From contig JAQWDG010000002.1 in assembly GCA_028705545.1 (NCBI GenBank), positions 4,208 to 38,691 of the forward strand: a stretch of DNA of 34,484 bases. The letters run 5' to 3'. The notes beneath the pieces were generated by a model, which saw nothing but the letters and a program-made list of their open reading frames with translations, had not been told where the DNA came from and searched no databases. The position numbers and the translations under genes were made by a program. Below, one piece after another: positions 1 to 9,536 of the stretch (positions are counted from its first letter, which is position 1; each line of letters begins with the position of its first letter). Source of the DNA: Methanoregula sp. (GTDB lineage Archaea > Halobacteriota > Methanomicrobia > Methanomicrobiales > Methanospirillaceae).

Positions 1-1
1 G

Positions 2-625
2 ATGCGGACCGGGGCTGCCGGGGCCATTGCCGCAAAATACCTGGCACCGAAAAAGGAGTGCGTGCTCGGGGTCATCGGCACCGGCCGGCAGGCCGAGGCA
101 CAGGTCCGGGCCACCGCGCAGGAACTTACCATCACCGCAATACGCGTCTGGAGCCGGAACCCGGCCCATGCAGAAGCTTTTGCCGGACGGTTTCGTGAAT
201 TCGATGCGAAAGACGTCTCTATCGAAGCAGCCTGCGACTGCGACGTGCTCGTCACGACCACTCCTTCCCGCACCCCTCTCGTGAAAGACGAATGGATCCA
301 CGAGGGTATGCACATCAATGCAATCGGTGCCGACGCGCCGGGAAAGGAAGAGCTCGATCCGGCGATCCTGCGCCGGTCCCGGGTCTTTGTGGATGACCCG
401 GCACAGGCCGTCCACTCCGGGGAGATCAATGTCCCGATCCGCCGCGGCCTCTATGCGGCAGGCATGATCGCAGGGACTCTCGGCGAAATCGTAACCGGCA
501 GAAAGGGACGACAACGTCCCGGGGAGATCACGGTCTTTGACTCCACCGGGCTTGCGATCCAGGACCTGGCAATCGCGTCGATTGCCATGCGGCAGGCGGA
601 CTTCATGGAACTGCCGTTTGAATAA
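2..625 (+). CDS. ala: Ornithine cyclodeaminase/mu-crystallin family protein, probably archaeal alanine dehydrogenase (5'-truncated by window edge)
   Basis: RTGAAGAIA, Rossmann GVIGTGRQA, HINAIGAD..GK.ELD and C-terminal FDSTGLAIQDLA motifs typical of the OCD/AlaDH family; N-terminal part lies outside the window. Confidence 0.85.
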   Translation: MRTGAAGAIAAKYLAPKKECVLGVIGTGRQAEAQVRATAQELTITAIRVWSRNPAHAEAFAGRFREFDAKDVSIEAACDCDVLVTTTPSRTPLVKDEWIHEGMHINAIGADAPGKEELDPAILRRSRVFVDDPAQAVHSGEINVPIRRGLYAAGMIAGTLGEIVTGRKGRQRPGEITVFDSTGLAIQDLAIASIAMRQADFMELPFE

Positions 626-717
626 CAGGGTCCGGAAGACCTCTGCCGCATCCCGTCAGGCATCTACCCGGCCGAGCCGGGAAGAATAAAAAAGGTCAGA
701 ATTAAAAAAGAGGAAGG

Positions 718-2178
718 TTACTGCTGTTTTGCATGTTCTTTCCATACCTTTTCCCGGTACACCGGGCCGCTGTTGTAGGTACAGAACGGGATGAGCTTGC
801 CATCCGGTGTTGCATAGTGGATACAGCAGCGCTGGACGCGCTCGACATCGTAGTTGTAGCGGTCCATGAAGTGCATGGTCCCGATAAAGAGCGCGTTCCA
901 GTGGAATTCCCGTAGTGCGTCGAAGTTCTGGCCGACAAGGGTCTTTCCGATCAGCTTCCAGAACTCGGCCGTGCTTTTCTTCTCTCCTTTCTTAAAGGAT
1001 GCGTGGAGTTCTTTTACCCCCTCAAGAAGCGCCGCATACTTGTTGATGGCGCCGCCTTTCCTGAGTTTATCGGCCATCTGCTCGATCGCGGCAAAGAGGC
1101 TCTCCACGTCAACCATCCGGGTCACCGGGGTCATGCCGTCTTTTGTGACAAAGACGTACGTTGCCGCCCCGCAGTGTTCGTGGGCGGTAAACCGCACCTG
1201 CGGCCGGCCTGTGTATGCCTCCACCAGATCGGAGAAGGGCAGTACGCAGGGTACCGGGTAAAAGTCGCTTGTTTTTAAAATGCCACCAGTCTGCGTTTCA
1301 ATATCGCCGATCAGTTCGGGGATCGTGATCCGTTCCCGGTCGATGTCCTCGTCTTTTGCTGCGCCGGTGAATGCCACCGGCTGGAAGTTGACGCCCCGCA
1401 CAATCGAGATATGATCTGCGGCAAATTTCAGGATCTGCCCGACCTCCTGGTCGTTCCTGCCCTTGATGATGGTGGGCACAAGCACGGTGCCGATTCCTGC
1501 CTTGGTGAGGTTTTCAAGGGCCTTTAGGTGGATCTTCAAAAACGGGTTGGTCGCATCCGAGACCCCGTCAAAATGCAGGTATATCGTAGAAAGACCGGCA
1601 TCCTTGAGCTGCTGGGCAAGTTCGGGATTGTTTGCCAGCTTCACGCCGTTTGTTGCGATCTGGACCTGCGGGAACCCCAGTTCCTTGGCCTTTTTTACGA
1701 TCTCGACGAGGTCGTCCCGCATGGTCGGCTCGCCGCCGGAGAACTGCACGGCCGGTGCCGGGACGGGTTTCTCGTTCCGGAGCACCTGCATCATCTTCAC
1801 AATTTCGTCGAAGGTGGGCTCGTACACAAAACCGCAGGCGCGGGCGTTTGCGAAACAGAAGTCGCAGTTGAGGTTACACCGGTTGGTGAGATCGATATTG
1901 GCGAGCAGCGTGCCCGAATGGTGATTGCTACAGAGACCACATGCCGTAGGACAATTGTCCGACGTTACCGGGTTCTGGGGATTGGTCACACCGCGGCCGA
2001 CAGCATCGAACTGCTGGAACCGGTAATACATTGCCGGATCGGACCAGTAGACATACCTGAATTTCCCGTGTTCCGGACAGGTCCGGACGATCCAGATCTT
2101 TCCCTCTTCTTCAACAATATTCGCCTCGAGGACTTTCCCACAGACTGGGCAGAGGCTGCGTGTTTTCTTGATCTCCAT
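718..2178 (-). CDS. tes: Radical SAM tetraether lipid synthase (Tes/GDGT-MAS; MJ0619 family)
   Basis: N-terminal rubredoxin-like CPVC...CPEHG, CPTACGLC, radical SAM CNLNCDFC, SGGEPT, and C-terminal CCIHY...IPFC; about 490 aa; next to carS. Confidence 0.88.
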   Translation of the reverse strand: MEIKKTRSLCPVCGKVLEANIVEEEGKIWIVRTCPEHGKFRYVYWSDPAMYYRFQQFDAVGRGVTNPQNPVTSDNCPTACGLCSNHHSGTLLANIDLTNRCNLNCDFCFANARACGFVYEPTFDEIVKMMQVLRNEKPVPAPAVQFSGGEPTMRDDLVEIVKKAKELGFPQVQIATNGVKLANNPELAQQLKDAGLSTIYLHFDGVSDATNPFLKIHLKALENLTKAGIGTVLVPTIIKGRNDQEVGQILKFAADHISIVRGVNFQPVAFTGAAKDEDIDRERITIPELIGDIETQTGGILKTSDFYPVPCVLPFSDLVEAYTGRPQVRFTAHEHCGAATYVFVTKDGMTPVTRMVDVESLFAAIEQMADKLRKGGAINKYAALLEGVKELHASFKKGEKKSTAEFWKLIGKTLVGQNFDALREFHWNALFIGTMHFMDRYNYDVERVQRCCIHYATPDGKLIPFCTYNSGPVYREKVWKEHAKQQ

Positions 2179-2303
2179 ATATCCACCCGATGCAGCATTG
2201 ACTGGTATTGACAGGATTTTAGAGTAACTTTAATCTTTTTATCTGCTCTTTATTAGAGGTATTGGAGTGCAACATTATTAGTGCTGGGTCATTCATAATA
2301 CCA

Positions 2304-2834
2304 TTGCTCTCGACACTGCTTGCCGCTTTCTGGATTATGGTTCCTGCGTATGTCCCAAATCCCGTCGCTGCATTGTGCGGCGGCGGAACCCCCATTGATT
2401 TTAACCGGAACTTTTCGGACGGTAAAAGGATCCTTGGGGACGGCAAGACCTACCGCGGGCTTGTCTGCGGTGTAGCGGCAGGGATCCTCTGCGGGTGCCT
2501 CCAGATCTGGCTTGTCAGTACGTACCAGCTGGATCTACCCCGGCATACGCTGGCCTCGGTCACCCTCCTTGCCCTCGGCGCCCTTCTCGGGGACATGGCC
2601 AAGAGTTTCTTCAAGCGCCGGCTGGGAAAGGTTCGGGGAGAGGCATGGCCGGTTGCCGACCAGTTCGATCTTGTCATCGGGGCGTTTGTCCTGACGCTTA
2701 TCTTTGACCCCGCGTGGATCCTGGCAAATATCACCTGGCAGGTACTGGTGGTGATCCTGATCCTGACCCCGCTCCTCCACCGCTCGGTCAACATCATCGG
2801 GTACCGGATCAAAGTCAAAAAAGAACCGTGGTGA
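2304..2834 (+). CDS. carS: CDP-archaeol synthase (CDP-2,3-bis-O-geranylgeranyl-sn-glycerol synthase)
   Basis: PAYVPN..A...GGGTPID, GDGKT.RG, GDMAKSFFKRRLG..RG..WPVADQFD, LH...N.IGY....KKEPW. Start uncertain: TTG 2304 chosen; alternatives are 2262 and 2337. Confidence 0.9.
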   Translation: MLSTLLAAFWIMVPAYVPNPVAALCGGGTPIDFNRNFSDGKRILGDGKTYRGLVCGVAAGILCGCLQIWLVSTYQLDLPRHTLASVTLLALGALLGDMAKSFFKRRLGKVRGEAWPVADQFDLVIGAFVLTLIFDPAWILANITWQVLVVILILTPLLHRSVNIIGYRIKVKKEPW

Positions 2835-2840
2835 ATTCGC

Positions 2841-3344
2841 ATGAACGCACTTGCAGACCTGTTGGTTCAGTATAAGGCGCTGGAGTTCGGGGACTTTACC
2901 CTTGCCTCCGGTGCAAAGAGCAAATACTATGTCGATGTGAAGACCGCCGTTACCCACCCGGATTTTTTAGCGCAGATCGCACAGGAGATCGCGCAGCGGT
3001 ACGAGTTCGATATCGTGGCGGGCGTAGCGGTCGGCGGCGTGCCCCTTGCAGTTGCCGTCTCCCTTGCTGCAAAAAAACCCTTTGCCATCATCCGGGCCGA
3101 GGAAAAAGACCACGGCAAGAAGAATGTCATCATCGGGAACGTTGCAGGAAAGAACGTCCTTTTGGTAGAAGATGTCACTACGTCGGGCGGCTCGGCGCTC
3201 TACGGGATTTCCATGCTCCGTAACGCCGGGGCAACGGCAGACCGGGTCGTGACCGTGGTAGACCGCGAACAGGGGGCAAACGATACCCTGAAAAAGGAGG
3301 GAATTTCCCTCCTGCCCCTGGTAAAAGTGAGCGAGATCCTATAA
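2841..3344 (+). CDS. pyrE: Orotate phosphoribosyltransferase
   Basis: FGDFTLASGAKSKYYVD, PRPP-binding VEDVTTSGGS, VVDREQG. Confidence 0.95.
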   Translation: MNALADLLVQYKALEFGDFTLASGAKSKYYVDVKTAVTHPDFLAQIAQEIAQRYEFDIVAGVAVGGVPLAVAVSLAAKKPFAIIRAEEKDHGKKNVIIGNVAGKNVLLVEDVTTSGGSALYGISMLRNAGATADRVVTVVDREQGANDTLKKEGISLLPLVKVSEIL

Positions 3345-3404
3345 AAAACGCGCTGCGGCGGTCGTCGGAAGCGTAAACAATTTTTAACCAATAGCGCCCA
3401 TGTG

Positions 3405-4694
3405 ATGGATATGAAGATCCTCGTTGTCGGGGGGGGTGGCCGGGAACATGCCATAGCTGCTGCACTCTCCCGCAACAGCGAAACCGCGATCTACTCTGTG
3501 ATGGCAAAGAAGAACCCGGGTATTACCCGCATTGCAAAGGAATGCTGTATTGCCCGCGAGACCGATCTTGAGAAAGTCTCGGCGTTTGCAAAAAAGACCG
3601 GGGTTACCCATGCCGTTATCGGCCCGGAGAGCCCGCTCGAAGCCGGCATTGTCGACCGGCTCGAAAAAGAAGGGATCGCCTGTATCGGCCCCACAAAGGC
3701 GGCAGCCCGGATCGAGACCGACAAGGCATTCTGCCGCAACCTCATGACCCATCACCAGATCAGCGGGAACCCGGAGTACCGGGTCTTCCATGATGCGGAT
3801 GAGGCCGTTAGGTTTGTAAAGGACCATGACGGGGACCTCGCCATCAAGCCAATCGGCCTTACCGGCGGAAAAGGCGTCAGGATCATGGGCGAGCAGGTCG
3901 ATACGGCCGGCGCCATCGAATATATCCGCGAGATTAAGGGAGACGTTGTCCTCGAAGAGCGGCTCAAAGGGGAGGAATTCACCCTCCAGGCATTTGTCGA
4001 CGGGACCCATATCGTGCCCATGCCGCTCGTGCAGGACCATAAAAGGGCCTTTGACGGCGATACCGGCCCGAACACCGGGGGGATGGGCGCATACTCGATG
4101 CCGGATCACCTCCTGCCGTTTGTGACCCGAAAGGACCTCACCGCCGCGCTCTCGATCATGATCTCCGTTGTTGCCGCAATGGCAAAGGAAGGGTCCCCGT
4201 ACAAGGGCATCCTTTACGGCCAGTTCATGAACACCGCACAGGGCCCGAAAGTAATAGAGTTCAATGCCCGGTTCGGGGATCCCGAGGCAATGAACGTGCT
4301 CACGCTCCTTGCTTCCGATTTTGCCGGGATCGTGTCATCGATTACTGACGGCACCCTCTCCGCGTCAAAGGTTGCTTTCGAACCTGCGGCAACGGTCTGC
4401 AAGTACCTTGTCCCCGAAGGCTACCCGACAGCACCGCAGGTGAACAAGCCGGTCTCCCTGGGGGATATGGGAAGAGCGATCCTCTATTACGCAAATGTCG
4501 ATGAGACTGCGGGGGAGTTAAAAACGCTCACTTCGCGGACACTGGCCTTTGTCGGGAAAGCGCCGACTCTTGCCGGGGCAGAAGCGATTGCGGAACACGC
4601 GGCATCGGGCGTTAAAGGAAGCGTCCGTCACCGCAGGGATATCGGGACGCAGGCCCTGCTCGACCGCCGGATCGCCCACATGAAGGAGCTATAA
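3405..4694 (+). CDS. purD: Phosphoribosylamine--glycine ligase
   Basis: [46 protein letters not shown]. Start could be 3402, 3405 or 3411. Confidence 0.97.
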   Translation: MDMKILVVGGGGREHAIAAALSRNSETAIYSVMAKKNPGITRIAKECCIARETDLEKVSAFAKKTGVTHAVIGPESPLEAGIVDRLEKEGIACIGPTKAAARIETDKAFCRNLMTHHQISGNPEYRVFHDADEAVRFVKDHDGDLAIKPIGLTGGKGVRIMGEQVDTAGAIEYIREIKGDVVLEERLKGEEFTLQAFVDGTHIVPMPLVQDHKRAFDGDTGPNTGGMGAYSMPDHLLPFVTRKDLTAALSIMISVVAAMAKEGSPYKGILYGQFMNTAQGPKVIEFNARFGDPEAMNVLTLLASDFAGIVSSITDGTLSASKVAFEPAATVCKYLVPEGYPTAPQVNKPVSLGDMGRAILYYANVDETAGELKTLTSRTLAFVGKAPTLAGAEAIAEHAASGVKGSVRHRRDIGTQALLDRRIAHMKEL

Positions 4695-5605
4695 TGAAAA
4701 AAGATTTCCTTTCCATCCTGGATGTCAATAAGACCGAACTCGACGAGATCATCACCGGCGCCGAACGTCTCAAGCGCCAGAAGCGGGCCGGCGTCCCGCA
4801 CGAGCTCCTCCGGGGCATGTCCCTTGCCATGATCTTCGAGAAGTCCTCGACAAGGACCCATATCTCGTTTGAGGTCGGGATGCACGAGCTTGGCGGCCAT
4901 GCGCTTTTCCTGAATGCAAAGGACCTCCAGATCGGGAGGGGGGAAGAGATCCGCGATACCGCACGGGTAGCGTCGCGCTACGTCTCTGCCATCATGATCC
5001 GTGCCTACCACCACAGCACTATCGTTGACCTTGCCACCCATGCCACCGTGCCGGTGATAAACGGGCTCTCCGACCACGAGCATCCCTGCCAGCTCCTTGC
5101 CGATATCCTGACAATAAAGGAGCACTTCGGCGACACCCGGGGTCTCCGGATCGCGTGGGTTGGCGACGGGAACAATGTCTGCAACTCGCTCGTGCTCTCG
5201 ACTGCACTCACGGGGATGGAAGTCACCGTGGCAAGTCCGAAGGGGTACGAGGTTGCACCGGAACTTGTCAGTCAGGCACAGGGTCTCGGCGGCAAAGTCT
5301 CGCTTGCAAAGACTCCCAGAGAGGCGGTAAAAGACGCACAGGTGATTGTCACCGATACGTGGATCTCGATGGGCGACGAGGCGGAAAAGGAAAAGCGGCT
5401 TTGTGCCTTCCACGGATATACCGTCAATGACGAGCTCGTAAAACATGCCGACCCGGATGCCCGCGTGCTTCACTGCCTGCCGGCGCACCGGGGCGAGGAG
5501 ATCACCGGTGAAGTGCTCGACGGCCCGCAGAGCCTTGTCTGGGACGAGGCGGAGAACCGGCTCCATGCCCAGAAAGCGCTCCTGGTGAGACTCTTAAAAA
5601 AATAG
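4694..5605 (+). CDS. argF: Ornithine carbamoyltransferase
   Basis: FEKSSTRT carbamoyl-phosphate motif, HPCQ, WISMG, HCLPAHRGEE, AENRLHAQKA; ATG overlaps the purD stop. Confidence 0.97.
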   Translation: MKKDFLSILDVNKTELDEIITGAERLKRQKRAGVPHELLRGMSLAMIFEKSSTRTHISFEVGMHELGGHALFLNAKDLQIGRGEEIRDTARVASRYVSAIMIRAYHHSTIVDLATHATVPVINGLSDHEHPCQLLADILTIKEHFGDTRGLRIAWVGDGNNVCNSLVLSTALTGMEVTVASPKGYEVAPELVSQAQGLGGKVSLAKTPREAVKDAQVIVTDTWISMGDEAEKEKRLCAFHGYTVNDELVKHADPDARVLHCLPAHRGEEITGEVLDGPQSLVWDEAENRLHAQKALLVRLLKK

Positions 5606-5653
5606 AACCGGTCTTGTGTACCCGGATAATTCATCAGATACGCGGGTCGCCGG

Positions 5654-5926
5654 TCAGGATTCAATAAATTTACGGACGTTTTCTATCATTTCTTTCTCGA
5701 TCTTTTCGGCAACATCGCGTTTTGCCCGGAATGCAAGAAGTTCCCGTTCATCGCCGTCCATGTTGGCAAAATAAAGTTTCTGCTTGCGCTCCACCACGTC
5801 GACATCGTATTTTTTTGCGAGATCTATGATGATCCTGCGGGGAACTCCCGGGGGAATGATCACATCGAACAACTCTTCGCTTACGTCATCGCTGACGGGA
5901 ATATCGGTACCTGGTCCTTCTGCCAT
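5654..5926 (-). CDS. Small hypothetical protein (90 aa) co-transcribed with methanogenesis marker 14
   Basis: Globular-looking ORF (DVIIPPGVPR...VERK...LAFR); ATG 5926 preceded by GAGGAG; directly follows the marker-14 stop. Confidence 0.8.
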   Translation of the reverse strand: MAEGPGTDIPVSDDVSEELFDVIIPPGVPRRIIIDLAKKYDVDVVERKQKLYFANMDGDERELLAFRAKRDVAEKIEKEMIENVRKFIES

Positions 5927-5934
5927 GGTTCTCC

Positions 5935-7434
5935 TCACTTACCTATTTTGATCCGCCGGCTCATAATACAGGGCCCGCCGCGCACTCCCCCGATGGGGTT
6001 TTTCGGTTTTCCGAGCGAGTTCATGCACCGCCCCATCAGGGAAGCACCGCGGGCAAGGCCGTCGTCGACAAAGACCAGGTGGTCGTTTGGATCGTCAAAG
6101 AGGTTCCTCTCGATAATACCGTCGAGGATATACTCGGGTTTCCTCCCCGAGATCGCCGCCCTTCCGGTAAACCCGATGGAGGAGTTCTTCGGGACGAGGT
6201 TTTCTTTGACCGCAACATCGATCATCCGCAGGGCCATCTTCGCGCAGACCCGGTCGACTACCTCGTTTAACGTCGAGAGGTTGTAGTCCTTGTGGATCTC
6301 GGCACCAATTACAGAGAGCTTGTCGAGATCGCTGCTGTTTATCCCGCAGTCGCACCCGATCATGGCCACGTGGGATTCTATGGCGAGTTTTGCATTGACC
6401 GGTACCCTCCCGAACCGGTCCCGGTCCGGTGGGACAATGCGGATATCGATGTGCTCGTGGCAGCGGTCCACAAACTCGTCGATGACCTTACGGTTGCCCC
6501 CCGAGAAGAATCCCCCGGTTACGCTGTGCTCGCCGAAGATATCGAGGGCTGTACCGGTCCGCTCCTGGACAAGACCCGTGCCCCGCACAATAGCGTCAGG
6601 GATTGCCCCGGCAAGGCCGCAGAAGTTCCCGATGGTCTTTGCAAAAGGACTGGGAGCGTCGGCAGCTACGTCGCTTGTGATCCGCCCGTCGAGAGTTGTC
6701 CCGAAATCCATGGATACGCAGGGATTCCGGAAATCGACCGGGGTCCACTTTGCCCCTTCCTTGATCCCGGCCATGGCAAGCTCTCCTTCCATCTCGTTTG
6801 CGACCATCTCGACCCCGGTCGAACCCACCGGCGGGATGACCCCGGCAACTGCACCGACAAAGACAACCTTGTCGGCAAAACTGAAAGGCTGGAGTTTTTC
6901 CGGCTGGTTTGCTTTTGCCATCGGCGGCGTCATCTTCTTTGGCGGGACACCGGCCTCAAGGCAGCCGTTTGCAAGTGCAATCACAAAGTCCCCTACCTGG
7001 TCCGGGGACTCCATCTCAGCGACGACCCCGGTACTGCGGACAACGAAATCGAGATCCTTTTCGATATCGAGATGCGCCTCCTGATGGCATTGGATAAGAG
7101 TGTCCCTGACAAGTTCTGTCACGGCCTTCCGCGAGAGTTTTGTCCCGTCCAGGGTCTCGCCAAAGACTTCTTCGCCGGGCCGGGGCGGTCGGATATCCCG
7201 GCTCATGCTCACGGTCTTGTTGATCACATAAGACTTGCCGGTTTCGAGGCTCACCCCGGTGAGGATGCATTTGGTGGTGGTATTTCCCATCTCCACCGAT
7301 GCGACGATAAAATAAGGTTTGTTCTTATATTCCGGGATCTGCATCCCGGCGCCATGTGAAATGGACGGCGGTTGCGGGCTTTCTACGATATGGGGTTTAG
7401 GTTTGGTAAAGCGGGAAAAAAAACCGGCGCACAT
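5935..7434 (-). CDS. Methanogenesis marker protein 14 (DUF2114; ASKHA/reactivase-like ATPase fold)
   Basis: YFIVASVEMGNTTTKC, DLDFVVRSTGV, NEMEGEL..AGIKEG, DFGTTLDGRI, DDGLARGA..M.RCMNSLG.PKNPIGG.RGG.C recognised as this family. Start at ATG 7434 (ORF open to 7455). Confidence 0.8.
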   Translation of the reverse strand: MCAGFFSRFTKPKPHIVESPQPPSISHGAGMQIPEYKNKPYFIVASVEMGNTTTKCILTGVSLETGKSYVINKTVSMSRDIRPPRPGEEVFGETLDGTKLSRKAVTELVRDTLIQCHQEAHLDIEKDLDFVVRSTGVVAEMESPDQVGDFVIALANGCLEAGVPPKKMTPPMAKANQPEKLQPFSFADKVVFVGAVAGVIPPVGSTGVEMVANEMEGELAMAGIKEGAKWTPVDFRNPCVSMDFGTTLDGRITSDVAADAPSPFAKTIGNFCGLAGAIPDAIVRGTGLVQERTGTALDIFGEHSVTGGFFSGGNRKVIDEFVDRCHEHIDIRIVPPDRDRFGRVPVNAKLAIESHVAMIGCDCGINSSDLDKLSVIGAEIHKDYNLSTLNEVVDRVCAKMALRMIDVAVKENLVPKNSSIGFTGRAAISGRKPEYILDGIIERNLFDDPNDHLVFVDDGLARGASLMGRCMNSLGKPKNPIGGVRGGPCIMSRRIKIGK

Positions 7435-7550
7435 ATGATCCGATCGGATTGTCATTGGATATATGTTTCTTTTTCACGTATGCAGAAGAGGCGGGAAAGA
7501 TACAAGGTCCGGGCAGGTATGGATCCCGGTATACTGCCATACCAAAAAAA

Positions 7551-8762
7551 TTATTTTTTCCCGGTCTTCTTTTTCGTCTTCTCGTTCATCGCGTGGACGA
7601 GCCGGGCCTGGATCCCGAAGTACCGGGACACCCCGATTGCATCGCACTGGTCGATGGACGAGCTGTCAAAGGAAACAAGGTCGCCGGAGTAGATCGCCTG
7701 CGGCGAGCTGCGGCCGAGGATCCTGACGCTCCCCTTGTAGAGTTCGAGATCGACTTTCCCGTTCACCCGCTCCTGGGTCGTGTCGATAAAGGCGTTGAGC
7801 GCTGCATACAATGGTTCGTACACAAGGCCCTTATAGGCGAGCTCGGACCACTTGTCGTCTACCATGCGCTTGAACGCAAGTTCGGACCGGGTAAGGACAA
7901 GACCTTCGAGGTCGCGGTGTGCGGCAAGGATCACGGTCGCTGCCGGGTGCTCGTAGTTCTCCCTTGCCTTGAGGCCGAGGATACGGTCCTCGATCATGTC
8001 GTTCCGGCCGATCCCGTGTTTCCCGGCAAGGATGTTGAGCCTGTTGATGAGGTCGATGCCGGAGAGTTTCCTGCCGTTGATGGCGACCGGCACTCCCTTA
8101 ACAAACGTGAGCGTGATCTTCTCCGGCTTTGCCGGGGCCTTCTCGGGCGCGACTGTCCAGAGGTAGATCTCCTCGGGGGGGTGGAAGTCCGGCTCTTCGA
8201 GCCTTCCGCCCTCGATACTTCGGCTCCAGCAGTTCTCGTCCATGCTCCACGGCTTGTCCTTTTTCACCGGTACGGGGATGTTATGGTCTTTCGCGTACCC
8301 GATCTCCCAGTCCCGGGTCAGGTTCTGCTCCCGGATGGGCGCAACGACATCGAATCCCGCAGCGCGGATGATAAAATCAAAGCGGAGCTGGTCGTTTCCC
8401 TTCCCCGTGCATCCGTGGGCAATTGCGGTTGCCTTCTCTTTTCTGGCAATCTTTACAACTTCTTCTGCGATAAGAGGACGGGCAAGCGAGGTCCCCATCG
8501 GGTATCCCTCGTACGAACCGTTCGCCCGGATCGCCGGAAAGATATGGTCTGCAACGAATTTTTCCCGGACATCGACCGTGTAATGCTTGTCAGCAAGCTT
8601 TCTGCCCTTCTTCGTCGCCACATCGATCTCTTCGTCGCGCTGGCCGACGTTGACTGCAACCGTCACGACACGGTCGTAATCGTACCGCTCCTTTAAAAGC
8701 GGGATGCAGATGGAGGTGTCAAGGCCCCCGGAATATGCAAGGATAATCGTTCCTTTTCCCAT
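7551..8762 (-). CDS. argG: Argininosuccinate synthase
   Basis: [48 protein letters not shown]. Confidence 0.97.
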   Translation of the reverse strand: MGKGTIILAYSGGLDTSICIPLLKERYDYDRVVTVAVNVGQRDEEIDVATKKGRKLADKHYTVDVREKFVADHIFPAIRANGSYEGYPMGTSLARPLIAEEVVKIARKEKATAIAHGCTGKGNDQLRFDFIIRAAGFDVVAPIREQNLTRDWEIGYAKDHNIPVPVKKDKPWSMDENCWSRSIEGGRLEEPDFHPPEEIYLWTVAPEKAPAKPEKITLTFVKGVPVAINGRKLSGIDLINRLNILAGKHGIGRNDMIEDRILGLKARENYEHPAATVILAAHRDLEGLVLTRSELAFKRMVDDKWSELAYKGLVYEPLYAALNAFIDTTQERVNGKVDLELYKGSVRILGRSSPQAIYSGDLVSFDSSSIDQCDAIGVSRYFGIQARLVHAMNEKTKKKTGKK

Positions 8763-8916
8763 AATGGATACTTCCGTTGATTAGGAATGGGATGTTTCCC
8801 CATATATGTCAAAGGGTGTTAGTAAAAAACCCCGGGAGAAACCCCGAGAATACAAAACAAAGAACAAAATTGGGTTGTCCAGAAGGTATCTCCTGGACTC
8901 AAGGTATGGTGCCGCC

Positions 8917-9405
8917 TTAGTTTACAACAATCAATCCGGTTGTGTCCGGCTGGAAGAGCGTACCGAAATTATAGGTCCCCTTCTTGTCGAAGGTTACGTT
9001 ATAGAACCCCTTGTACGGAATGTTTACGGTCTTGATGACAGACTGTGACATAATTCCGATTGGCTGAATACCATGGGGCTTGAGCGGGTCTGCATTGTAG
9101 AAGACAATCTTCGTGCCGACCGGGATATAGATCGTTCCCGTGGGTGTCATCGTGAGGGAGTCCTTAAAGGTGATAATCTTTTCCGGAACCGGGGTTGCTA
9201 CGGTGGTCGGGACAGCGGTTGCAGTTACATTGGGCGTTACGTTCGCGGTTGCAACAGTCGTCGGAACCTCGGTCGGGACAGCGGTTGCAACAGTCGTCGC
9301 GACAGTTGTCTCTGTCGGCGTTGTGGGGGTCGTGGTCTGGGATGTGCATCCCGCGAACAGGATCCCGATAAACAGGACTACAAGAACAACAAGAAATTTC
9401 TTCAT
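8917..9405 (-). CDS. Secreted lipoprotein with Thr/Pro-rich linker and C-terminal cupredoxin-like domain
   Basis: Signal peptide with FAGC lipobox, TTVATAVPT repeats, then I.VGT.I.F.N.D...H...F.K.GTY.F......G.IVV pattern of the plastocyanin/azurin fold. Confidence 0.75.
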   Translation of the reverse strand: MKKFLVVLVVLFIGILFAGCTSQTTTPTTPTETTVATTVATAVPTEVPTTVATANVTPNVTATAVPTTVATPVPEKIITFKDSLTMTPTGTIYIPVGTKIVFYNADPLKPHGIQPIGIMSQSVIKTVNIPYKGFYNVTFDKKGTYNFGTLFQPDTTGLIVVN

Positions 9406-9536
9406 GCATGATTTTTTGCTATCTCGCTATTTAAGAGTATTCTCTTGAAATACGTGTGAACGGCCGGCCCTTGAGTCCTGCCCATCCACAGGGAATCGGC
9501 AATGCTAAAAGAGAGTGCAGTCCTTTCCCGACGGTA

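Noticed and set aside
7449-8696. 415-aa plus-strand ORF, and other long antisense ORFs such as 4628-5566, 6292-7359, 19799-20746, 23045-24148 and 25444-26739
   Set aside because: They lie antisense to well-recognised genes and have no motifs of their own; they are shadows of GC-rich codon usage.
9195-9310. Short DNA repeats (GTCGGGACAGCGGTTGCA, GCGGTTGCAACAGTCGTC)
   Set aside because: Fully explained by the TTVATAVPT linker repeats of the lipoprotein.
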